Assembly: GCA_044376115.1 (NCBI GenBank)
Contig: JBILLK010000009.1
Span: forward strand, 290,578 to 354,577
DNA: 64,000 nt
Direction: 5' to 3'
Source of the DNA: Polyangiaceae bacterium
GTDB lineage: Bacteria; Myxococcota_A; Polyangia; Polyangiales; Polyangiaceae
Position numbers and translations under genes: made by a program. Positions 9,283 to 17,507 of the stretch are shown here, one piece after another (the first letter of the stretch is position 1; every line of letters starts with the position of its first letter). Under the pieces are notes generated by a model. That model did not search any database and was not told the DNA's origin. It saw only the letters and a program-made list of their open reading frames with translations.

Positions 9283-11958
9283 TCAGTCGCTCGGGTCTTC
9301 TTGTGCGGCCTGCGGCCGAGGCCGAGCGTCGGCGCCGATCTTCAAGCGCGCAAATATGGCTTCTGCGCGCTGGGCCATCCGCTTCTGTTCAAGCTGCACT
9401 TGCGGGTCCCCAGCGTCAGGTTGGCCTGCGAGAAAGCGGGCGAACGCCGCCGAGGACTTGGCTAACTCGAGCTCGTTGCCCGTTTGCTCGAAGATGGACA
9501 TGCTGCGCGCGTAATACTCGCGAGCGCTCTTGGTGTGGGAGGCGCCCCAGCCGCCTGCAGCGGTGATTTCTCCGAGGGTTCGCAAGGCGATTCCCAACTG
9601 CACTTTGCTGCGCACGGTGGCGAACAGATCGACGCATCGGCTGATGCAATCGCGGGCTCGCGTGAGTTCTCCACGCGCCAGGTAGGCTTCCCCCATCGCG
9701 CGCAGCGCGTCGGCCAGACCCAGTTTGTCACCCAGCTCATCCAGCTGTTCTTCGGCCATCGACAGCACGTTGATCGCGCGGTCGGTCTGCCCGCTCTTGT
9801 GCAACGCATCCCCGACGTTGACCAGAACCAGCGCGATGCGGTTGCGATCGCCGATCTGCTTCGCGACGTCGAGCGCCTCTTCGAACGTTCGCAACGCGTG
9901 TTGATAGTCCCCGCGTTCTTCGGCGACGACGCCGAGGTTGTTGAGCGTTTGCACCACGCCCGGTAGGTCGCCGATCTCCCTGCGAATCGTCAGCGCGTTG
10001 TCGAATGACTCTGCGGCCTGCCCGAAATCCCCTGTCTCCTGCAGGACGATCCCAAGGTTGTTGAAGCTGAGCGCGATGCTGCGCCGGTCCCCTAGTCGCC
10101 GGCGACGCGCGAGGCCGTCGCGAAGCAACTCCAGCGCGTGCGGATAGTCCCCCTTGAGCCACGCAAGTTTGCCGAGGTCATCGGTGCTCGAAGCCACGCC
10201 GCGATCGTCGGCGGCCGCTTGGAACAAAGCCATTGCGGCCTCGAGATGCCGTCCCGACTCTTCGAGCGCTCCGCCATCCCGGTGAAGCCGGCCGATGCGG
10301 TTGTGCGCAGCTCCTCCCTTGGACTTGATGTCGAGTTGATACGCGAGCGAGAGCATCTCGCGGAACGTGGACAGCGCGTCGTCGATGCGGCCGGTCAGCA
10401 GCAACACGTCGCCGTAGTTGTGAAGCGCGTCGATGCGTCTACCGACGTGGCTGTCGCCCACGAGCACCAACCCCTTTTGGTAGTGCTCGCAGGCCGTTTG
10501 TGCGGCGTACGCGGCGCGCGAGGCATCCCCGGCGTCGAGGTAGGCGAGCCCGGCCCCGACAGAATCTCCGGCACGTTCGCGGTGTTCGGCGAGCAACAGC
10601 TTGGCTTCTTCGGTCGTGCGTGTGAGCCCCTGTTGCTCCAGCCAATTGGCGAAAATCCCGTGGTGACGCTTCTGCGTCGAGGGATTGATCTGCGAGCGGA
10701 TCGCCTCGCGCTCCTTGTTGTGTTTGAACACGTACTCGTCGGAACTCGGCAGCGAGGAGTCGGGGACTCGCAATACGAAATCACGCTTCTCGAGATCCGC
10801 GAGGGTGTCCGCCAGCGCTTTGGGCTCGCCGTCCCCAGATACAGCCCAAAGGTCGGGCGCCTCTGCTCCGGCCCGTAGCATTGGCACGAGCGCAGCCGGC
10901 CAAAACACGCTGCCCACAGTCGCCGCCAGCTGGAGCACCCGCCGCTCCGCCGCTGACAGCGAGCTGATGCGCGACTGGATCGCCCCTTCGACGGTGAGCG
11001 GCGGAGCCGCTCGATCGAGGCGGTCGAGATGGACGCGCCAGCGAGGGGAGGTGCTCAGCGGTTCCTCCTCTTCCAGAACTCCGCGGTCATGGAAGAGGCG
11101 AACCATCTGCTCGATCAGGCTGGGATTGCCGCCAGAGAAGGTAAGCGCGGTATCCACGAGCAACCCAGGGACAGTGCCGTTCTCGGTAGCGCACGGGGCG
11201 AGCAACGCCGTGGCTAACTCACGTGCCACGCGCTCCTCGAGCGGCGGAACTTCAATCAGGGTGTGCCTTTCCTCTCCGGCGCGTGCCCAATCTTCTGCGG
11301 TGCCAATCAGGTCGGGCCTTGCAGCGCAGATGAGCAGGATTGGACCGGTTAGGTACTCCAGCAGGTAACGAAGCAGATCCAAGGAATCAGCGTGAGCTGC
11401 GTGAAGATCGTCAAACACCAAGCACAGCGGGCTGTGGGCTGCGTCCGCCTCGATGAACGACTTGACCACCGCGCTACGCAGCTGCCTGCCCTGGCGCGGA
11501 TCGTCGGCGATCGCGCGGGTCAGCGGGCTCTCCTCGAACGGGACCTCGAGGAATTGACCCAAGAAATAGACCACATCTCCGACCTTGCGGTCCCCGACGA
11601 CCTTTGACACTTGATCACGAACCGCGGCCTTCAGCGTTTCGGGATCCATGCCCTCGATCAGACCGAAGCGCATGCGCAGCAGTCGGGCGAAGATGCCGTA
11701 GGAGGAATCTGTGTCACGCGCAGTTCCGCGATAGATCCTAGGTAGCAGCAGGCTGCCCGAGCGGTGCTTCATCACGAACTCGTGGATCAGGCGACTCTTG
11801 CCCAAGCCCGCCGCTGAGACGAGCGTCACTACGCGCGTCTTCTTCTCTGCCTCCACCTCACGGAGCGCCTGGTCGAGCTGAGCCATTTCGCTCTCGCGGC
11901 CCATGAAGGGTGTGCGCGAGGCGCTTACGAGTCCGAACGGTAGATTCTCTTTCACCAT
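9283..11958 (-). CDS. STAND-like NTPase (AAA_16 type) with C-terminal TPR array
   Basis: FMGRESE, Walker A SAAGLGKS, Walker B LVFDDLH, GGNP, YVFKH, then many TPRs (e.g. SFNNLGIVLQETGDFGQA). Confidence 0.85.
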   Translation of the reverse strand: MVKENLPFGLVSASRTPFMGRESEMAQLDQALREVEAEKKTRVVTLVSAAGLGKSRLIHEFVMKHRSGSLLLPRIYRGTARDTDSSYGIFARLLRMRFGLIEGMDPETLKAAVRDQVSKVVGDRKVGDVVYFLGQFLEVPFEESPLTRAIADDPRQGRQLRSAVVKSFIEADAAHSPLCLVFDDLHAAHADSLDLLRYLLEYLTGPILLICAARPDLIGTAEDWARAGEERHTLIEVPPLEERVARELATALLAPCATENGTVPGLLVDTALTFSGGNPSLIEQMVRLFHDRGVLEEEEPLSTSPRWRVHLDRLDRAAPPLTVEGAIQSRISSLSAAERRVLQLAATVGSVFWPAALVPMLRAGAEAPDLWAVSGDGEPKALADTLADLEKRDFVLRVPDSSLPSSDEYVFKHNKEREAIRSQINPSTQKRHHGIFANWLEQQGLTRTTEEAKLLLAEHRERAGDSVGAGLAYLDAGDASRAAYAAQTACEHYQKGLVLVGDSHVGRRIDALHNYGDVLLLTGRIDDALSTFREMLSLAYQLDIKSKGGAAHNRIGRLHRDGGALEESGRHLEAAMALFQAAADDRGVASSTDDLGKLAWLKGDYPHALELLRDGLARRRRLGDRRSIALSFNNLGIVLQETGDFGQAAESFDNALTIRREIGDLPGVVQTLNNLGVVAEERGDYQHALRTFEEALDVAKQIGDRNRIALVLVNVGDALHKSGQTDRAINVLSMAEEQLDELGDKLGLADALRAMGEAYLARGELTRARDCISRCVDLFATVRSKVQLGIALRTLGEITAAGGWGASHTKSAREYYARSMSIFEQTGNELELAKSSAAFARFLAGQPDAGDPQVQLEQKRMAQRAEAIFARLKIGADARPRPQAAQEDPSD

Positions 11959-12068
11959 GCTGCTTCGAGGTCCCCCGGGGCGAGGCGTGGATCTAGTCGA
12001 GCACCCCGCACGGTGGAAGTGGGTTCACCGCGAACTCTGGTAGAGTCTTTCGAAGGAGCGGACCAGCA

Positions 12069-13154
12069 GTGGAGTCTTTCGACGCGGCAGACCTGCGTTT
12101 GCGGGTTCGAGGAGCCTTTTCTGGGGCGGAATTGCGCCGTCTGCTCGAGGCCTGGGGGGCCAAGGCTGAAGAACTCGGCGGCTCGCAAACCGAGCTCGCC
12201 CACCAAGTCGTGAAGCTGGGTTGCAAGGTCCATGGGCTGAGCGAGCTGCTGCGTAAACTTTCGAACGAAAAGCCTTTGGTCGAGTGGCCGGAGGTGCCGA
12301 ATGACGATGAACGCTGGGCTGGCCCGATGTCGCTCAACGTTGAAGCTCCGCCAGCGTCGCTGGCGGTACCCACGGAAGCAGGGGAGGCGCTCGAGCCCAC
12401 CTTGGGCGTTCCGCTCGAGTCCCCTCCCAATGACGAAGCGGCCCCCAGCGCTCAGCCGCCAGCCGCAACTCCCGCTCCACCCGTCGTCGAGCCTGCCCCG
12501 CCGTCCCTTCGGCAGCCGGCTCCATACGCGTTTGAACCATCCCCGCCGGTTTCAGCCGGCCCACCTTGGAAGCTGCTGGCGATCTTGGGAGGTGTCATTG
12601 GCTTGGTCGGCGTCGCGTTCGCGGTGGGAACGCTGGTCGCGAGCAGTCGAGACAAGCAGGCAACCACGGCCGTTGAGCAGACCCCGGCGCGCCCACGCGG
12701 AAAGACCGCCGCAGGAAGGGCCGCTTCGCTGCTCGAGGGCGCGCTGACGGCGCTCGGCAATCTGTGCGAGGTCGAGGTGGAGGGCGCGCCCACCGTAGAA
12801 GTGCTCGAACTCTCGCTCGAGGCCTGCGGGCGGGATGAGGTGGACAAGCTGCGCCGGCAACAGGAGCGCCAGATGCTCGAGAGCCGTCAGGACGACCGCG
12901 ACCGTCCGGACCCGTCGGTGCCGAGCGCACGGCCTCTACCGCCGCGCCCAGGTTTTGCTCCGCCCGCGCCGGGGCGCACGACGAACCCGAGCGCTCCCAA
13001 GGCCGGCTGCCGAGGTGCGTGCAACAGTTCGCGGGGGGAATGCCAAACGTCGTGCGGGCGCGAACCGAGCGACGCATCGCGCTATGCGCCGTACCAGGCC
13101 TGCATCTCGCATTGTGTGGCCGAAGAGTCGCGCTGCAGGCTCGCCTGCCGGTAG
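12069..13154 (+). CDS. Membrane protein: N-terminal EAD/death-like helical domain, Pro-rich linker, one TM helix, Cys-rich C-terminus
   Basis: AFSGAELRRLL...LSELLRKLSNEKPLVEWP resembles EAD7-type domains; TM LLAILGGVIGLVGVAFAVGTLVA; C-terminal CRGACNSSRGECQTSC...CISHC...CRLAC. Confidence 0.65.
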   Translation: MESFDAADLRLRVRGAFSGAELRRLLEAWGAKAEELGGSQTELAHQVVKLGCKVHGLSELLRKLSNEKPLVEWPEVPNDDERWAGPMSLNVEAPPASLAVPTEAGEALEPTLGVPLESPPNDEAAPSAQPPAATPAPPVVEPAPPSLRQPAPYAFEPSPPVSAGPPWKLLAILGGVIGLVGVAFAVGTLVASSRDKQATTAVEQTPARPRGKTAAGRAASLLEGALTALGNLCEVEVEGAPTVEVLELSLEACGRDEVDKLRRQQERQMLESRQDDRDRPDPSVPSARPLPPRPGFAPPAPGRTTNPSAPKAGCRGACNSSRGECQTSCGREPSDASRYAPYQACISHCVAEESRCRLACR

Positions 13155-13187
13155 ACGGCGAGCTTGGGGATCGAGTACGACGGCCCT

Positions 13188-13949
13188 ATGGATAAAGTCG
13201 TCGAGAGCGCCATCGCCGCAGTGCGCGACATCCCCGATGGCGCGACCATCATGGCAGGTGGTTTTGGCCTGTGCGGCATTCCCGAAAATCTGATCGCAGC
13301 TCTTCGCGAGCTCGGCACCAAGGATCTCACGTTCATCTCCAACAACTGCGGTGTGGACGATTTTGGTCTGGGCATCCTGCTCGCGAATCGTCAGATCAAA
13401 AAGATGATCTCCTCCTACGTAGGAGAGAACAAAGAGTTTGAGCGCCAATATCTAAGCGGTGAACTCGAGGTGGAGCTAACGCCCCAGGGCACGCTCGCTG
13501 AACGCATTCGCGCGGGCGGCGCAGGCATTCCAGCGTTCTATACGCCGACGGGCGCCCACACGGCGGTGAGCGATGGCGGCATGCCCGTGCTCTACGCCAA
13601 GGACGGCACCGTCGCGAAGCTCTCCGAAAAGAAGGAGATCCGCACCTTCGACGGCAAAGACTATGTGCTCGAGCCGGCCATCAAAGCGGACTTCGCCCTC
13701 GTGAAAGCATGGAAGGGCGATCGCTATGGCAACCTCGTTTACCGAAACACTGCGATGAACTTCAACCCGATGATGGCGATGGCCGCCACCATCACCATCG
13801 CCGAGGTGGAGGAGATCGTGCCGATCGGCACGTTGGACCCCAACCATATCCACACGCCGTCGGTGTTCGTGAAGCGAATCTTGCAGGGCAAGAGCTACGA
13901 AAAGCGGATCGAACGTCGCACGCTTCGCCGCGCAGCCCCGTCCACCTGA
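13188..13949 (+). CDS. scoA: 3-oxoacid CoA-transferase subunit A
   Basis: [37 protein letters not shown]. Confidence 0.93.
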   Translation: MDKVVESAIAAVRDIPDGATIMAGGFGLCGIPENLIAALRELGTKDLTFISNNCGVDDFGLGILLANRQIKKMISSYVGENKEFERQYLSGELEVELTPQGTLAERIRAGGAGIPAFYTPTGAHTAVSDGGMPVLYAKDGTVAKLSEKKEIRTFDGKDYVLEPAIKADFALVKAWKGDRYGNLVYRNTAMNFNPMMAMAATITIAEVEEIVPIGTLDPNHIHTPSVFVKRILQGKSYEKRIERRTLRRAAPST

Positions 13950-13976
13950 AGCGCTGTCCACCAAAAGGAAACGAAG

Positions 13977-14642
13977 ATGGCTCTCACACGAGATGAAATT
14001 GCAAAGCGAGCCGCCCTCGAGTTGAAGGACGGCTTCTACGTAAACCTCGGCATCGGTATGCCCACGCTTGTGGCCAACTACATCCCTGCGGGGGTGGAGG
14101 TCGTGCTCCAAAGTGAAAACGGCCTGCTGGGTATCGGACCCTACCCGGACGAGGCCTCGCTCGACCCGGATCTAATCAACGCCGGCAAAGAGACGGTAAC
14201 GATTCTGCCCGGTTCAGCGATCTTCTCCAGCGCTGAGAGCTTCGCGCAGATCCGCGGCGGCCATATCGATTTGGCGATTCTCGGGGCGATGGAAGTCTCC
14301 GAGAAGGGGGACCTCGCGAACTGGATGATCCCCGGAAAGATGGTGAAGGGGATGGGCGGAGCGATGGACCTGGTCGCTCGAGCAAAGCGCGTCGTGGTGA
14401 TCATGGACCACGCAGCAAAGGGCGGTGCGCCGAAGATCCTCCGTCAGTGCGGGTTGCCCCTCACCGGGCGCGGTGTGGTCCATCGGATCATCACGGACCT
14501 AGCGGTGGTGGACGTTACCGCTGACGGCCTCGTGCTGCGTGAACTCGCTCCCGGGGTTTCGGCTCGGGAGGTGCAAGAGCGAACTGAACCCACCTTGCTG
14601 GTGCCACCGGATATCTCCGTGATGGCGCTCGCGGCCCAATAA
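13977..14642 (+). CDS. scoB: 3-oxoacid CoA-transferase subunit B
   Basis: [19 protein letters not shown] (catalytic Glu), [22 protein letters not shown]. Confidence 0.94.
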   Translation: MALTRDEIAKRAALELKDGFYVNLGIGMPTLVANYIPAGVEVVLQSENGLLGIGPYPDEASLDPDLINAGKETVTILPGSAIFSSAESFAQIRGGHIDLAILGAMEVSEKGDLANWMIPGKMVKGMGGAMDLVARAKRVVVIMDHAAKGGAPKILRQCGLPLTGRGVVHRIITDLAVVDVTADGLVLRELAPGVSAREVQERTEPTLLVPPDISVMALAAQ

Positions 14643-14658
14643 GCGAAAGACCAGAACG

Positions 14659-15504
14659 ATGTCTTGGCCCGAAAAGACGAGTCCCACGCTCGATGCCAGT
14701 GAAAAGCGCACGCTGGGAGAGGGCATCTTCCGCAAGTGCGACGGTTGTGGAGCAACAGTCCCAAGCGCAGACCTGGCGGCCAATTACGAGGTATGTCCCG
14801 CCTGCGGGCACCACCATCTGCTTGGTCTGAGCGGCTGGATTCGGCTGTTGCTGGACGAGGGCAAGCTCGAGGCTTGGGACGCCGATCTGATCCCTTCCGA
14901 TCCGTTGTCCTTCAGTGACGGCAAGCCCTACGCCGAGCGTGTTGTGGCGGCCACCAAGCGAGCCAAAACCAAAGAGAGCATCGTCACCGGGGCAGCGATG
15001 ATCGAGCAGCGTCCGATCGCGTTCGGCTGCTTCAACTTTCAGTTCATGGGCGGCAGCATGGGCTCCGTATGTGGAGAGAAGATCGCCCGGATGTTCGAGC
15101 GTGCCCGCGAGCAGAAGTTGCCGGTTGTTCTGCTCACGGCTTCGGGAGGCGCTCGGATGCAGGAGGGCATCCTCTCACTGATGCAGATGGCCAAAGCCGT
15201 CTCAGCGCTGGAACGCTTCCGGGACGCGGGCATGCCGTTCATCTCGGTGTTGTTGCACCCAACGACGGGCGGCGTTGCGGCCAGCTTCGCCTTCCTGGGT
15301 GACGTGAACATCGCCGAACCCAAGGCTTTGATCGGCTTTGCAGGGCCGCGCGTCATCGAGAACACGCTACGACAAAGCTTGCCCCGCGGTTTTCAACGCA
15401 CCGAGTTCTTGATCGATCATGGCATGATCGACGTCAACGTTTCGCGGCTGGAGATGCGTGCTCAGCTGGCGATGGTGCTGTCTCACTTAGCGCCGCAGAG
15501 CTGA
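14659..15504 (+). CDS. accD: Acetyl-CoA carboxylase carboxyltransferase beta subunit
   Basis: CxxC...CxxC zinc finger, FMGGSMGSVCGEK, SGGARMQEG, PTTGGVAAS, IGFAGPRVIE. Confidence 0.95.
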   Translation: MSWPEKTSPTLDASEKRTLGEGIFRKCDGCGATVPSADLAANYEVCPACGHHHLLGLSGWIRLLLDEGKLEAWDADLIPSDPLSFSDGKPYAERVVAATKRAKTKESIVTGAAMIEQRPIAFGCFNFQFMGGSMGSVCGEKIARMFERAREQKLPVVLLTASGGARMQEGILSLMQMAKAVSALERFRDAGMPFISVLLHPTTGGVAASFAFLGDVNIAEPKALIGFAGPRVIENTLRQSLPRGFQRTEFLIDHGMIDVNVSRLEMRAQLAMVLSHLAPQS

Positions 15505-15542
15505 CCCTTCGGGGCAGCTCCGCGCTTCGCGCTCCGGCTGTG

Positions 15543-16913
15543 CTAGTTCAGTTCGGTGCGTGCGGCCGCGAGGACTTCTTCAGCCATCGTCTTGATCGCT
15601 GCCTCGTTCTCACCCTCGATCATGACGCGCAACTTCGACTCGGTGCCGCTCCAGCGGACGAGCACGCGGCCGTTATCTCCTAGCTCGGCTTCCAATTTCT
15701 TGATCACCGCCTGGGTGGCCGGCAGAGACTCCAGCGGGGCGCGCTTGGCGAACTTCTCATTCAGGAGCACCTGGGGAACTCGCTCCAACGCACCCGCCGC
15801 GAGCTCAGAGAGAGGCCGGTTGTCCTCCACACAAAGCCGCGCAACTTGCAAAGCTGCGACGATGCCGTCTCCGGTGGTGGCGTGGTCGAGGAAGATGAGG
15901 TGGCCCGATTGCTCGCCGCCAAAGGAGTAGCCGCCGCGGCGCATCTCCTCGACCACGTAGCGATCTCCCACCGCAGTTCGAACCAATTGGCCACCGCGCT
16001 TCTTCATCGCGCGTTCGAGCCCGAGGTTGCTCATCACGGTGGTTACCAGCGTCTTCTTCGGAAGGCGCCCATCTCGAAGCAGCCGAATGGCCGCCAAGGC
16101 CATGATGGTGTCGCCGTCAACGATTGCCCCGCGCTCGTCAGCGACGATCACGCGATCGGCATCGCCGTCCAGCGCGATACCGAAGTTGGCGCCGTGCTGA
16201 ACGACCATCTTCGCCATGTGCTCGGGGTGGAGAGCACCGGCGTCTTTGTTGATGTTGGTGCCGTCGGGGCTTACGCCCATTGCGATGACCTCAGCGCCGA
16301 GCTCCTCGAATACGAGCGGGGCGACGCGGTACGCAGCGCCGTGACCAGCGTCCACCACGATCTTGACGCCGTCGAGCGTTAGGTGCGCCGGGAAGGTGTT
16401 CTTCGCGAACACGACATAACGCCCGCGAGCATCCTCTACACGAAACGCGTCGCCGATCTTGTCGCCAGTCACGCTGACGTTGTCGAGCTCAGTGCCTGCG
16501 ACGAGCTCTTCGATCGCCGCTTCCTCGGCGTCAGGCAGCTTGAAGCCGTCGAATCCGAACAGCTTGATGCCGTTGTCCTCGAATGGATTGTGGCTCGCGC
16601 TGATCACCACGCCAGCGTCGGCTCGCATGCTTTGCGCCAACTGCGCGATGGCCGGGGTCGGAATGGGGCCGGTCAACATCACGTGGCCGCCCATGGCACA
16701 GATGCCCGAAGCGATCGCTGTCTCGAGCAAATAGCCGGAGAGCCGCGTGTCTTTGCCGATCAAGACGCGGGCCGCACGACTCTTTCCGCGGCCGGCGACG
16801 TAAGCGATGGCGCGTCCGAGTCGCAAAGCGAATTCGGGCGTCATCGGGTGAACGTTAGCCATCCCTCGGATGCCGTCGGTACCGAAGACGCTGCGGGCGT
16901 TGGTCGTACTCAT
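15543..16913 (-). CDS. glmM: Phosphoglucosamine mutase
   Basis: [35 protein letters not shown]. Confidence 0.96.
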   Translation of the reverse strand: MSTTNARSVFGTDGIRGMANVHPMTPEFALRLGRAIAYVAGRGKSRAARVLIGKDTRLSGYLLETAIASGICAMGGHVMLTGPIPTPAIAQLAQSMRADAGVVISASHNPFEDNGIKLFGFDGFKLPDAEEAAIEELVAGTELDNVSVTGDKIGDAFRVEDARGRYVVFAKNTFPAHLTLDGVKIVVDAGHGAAYRVAPLVFEELGAEVIAMGVSPDGTNINKDAGALHPEHMAKMVVQHGANFGIALDGDADRVIVADERGAIVDGDTIMALAAIRLLRDGRLPKKTLVTTVMSNLGLERAMKKRGGQLVRTAVGDRYVVEEMRRGGYSFGGEQSGHLIFLDHATTGDGIVAALQVARLCVEDNRPLSELAAGALERVPQVLLNEKFAKRAPLESLPATQAVIKKLEAELGDNGRVLVRWSGTESKLRVMIEGENEAAIKTMAEEVLAAARTELN

Positions 16914-16922
16914 GGTGCTTTT

Positions 16923-17408
16923 CTACTCCCGGAAGTTGACGAAAGAAAGTTCGAGATCGAACTCGCGCGCTCGAATCGAAGCGATCGCCGTTTGCAAGTC
17001 ATCTCGCTTTTTGCCCGTGACGCGCACTTGGTCCTCGATGATCGAAGCCTGCACTTTGAGCTTCTCGTCCTTGATCCACTTCACCAGTTGTTTGGCGTGA
17101 TCGCTATCGATCCCCTCTTTGATGGTGACGGAGATCTTGGCGCCGCCCTTTCCGGTGGGCTCGATCTTGCCGACGTCGAGATGTTTGAGGCTGACCTTGC
17201 GCTTGATCAGCTTCTCTTTGAGCACCTCGAGGATGGCTTTGACGCGGTCATCGGCGCTAGCTCGCAGGTTGATGGTCTCCTTGTTGTGCTCGATCTCGGC
17301 GCCTGTTCCTTTGAAGTCGAAGCGCGTGCTGATCTCTTTTTCGGCCTGCGTAACGGCGTTGGCGACCTCGTGCCACGGAACCTTTGAGACAATGTCGAAC
17401 GACGGCAT
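16923..17408 (-). CDS. yajQ: YajQ family nucleotide/c-di-GMP-binding protein
   Basis: MPSFDIVSK...RFDFKG...VRVTGKKRDDLQ...FVNFRE. Confidence 0.95.
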   Translation of the reverse strand: MPSFDIVSKVPWHEVANAVTQAEKEISTRFDFKGTGAEIEHNKETINLRASADDRVKAILEVLKEKLIKRKVSLKHLDVGKIEPTGKGGAKISVTIKEGIDSDHAKQLVKWIKDEKLKVQASIIEDQVRVTGKKRDDLQTAIASIRAREFDLELSFVNFRE

Positions 17409-17424
17409 GGCCGCGAAATGTACC

Positions 17425-17456
17425 AAAGAAAAAGGCCCGCTGATGCGGGCCTCTTT
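17425..17456 (-). terminator. Rho-independent terminator after the large DUF4215 protein gene
   Basis: AGGCCCGC-TGAT-GCGGGCCT hairpin; the A-rich flank gives a U tract on the minus strand. Confidence 0.75.
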
Positions 17457-17507
17457 CGGTCATTGCGCCGGATTGTGAGCCGACGCTGGGTTTAGCTCAC
17501 TGCGCGC

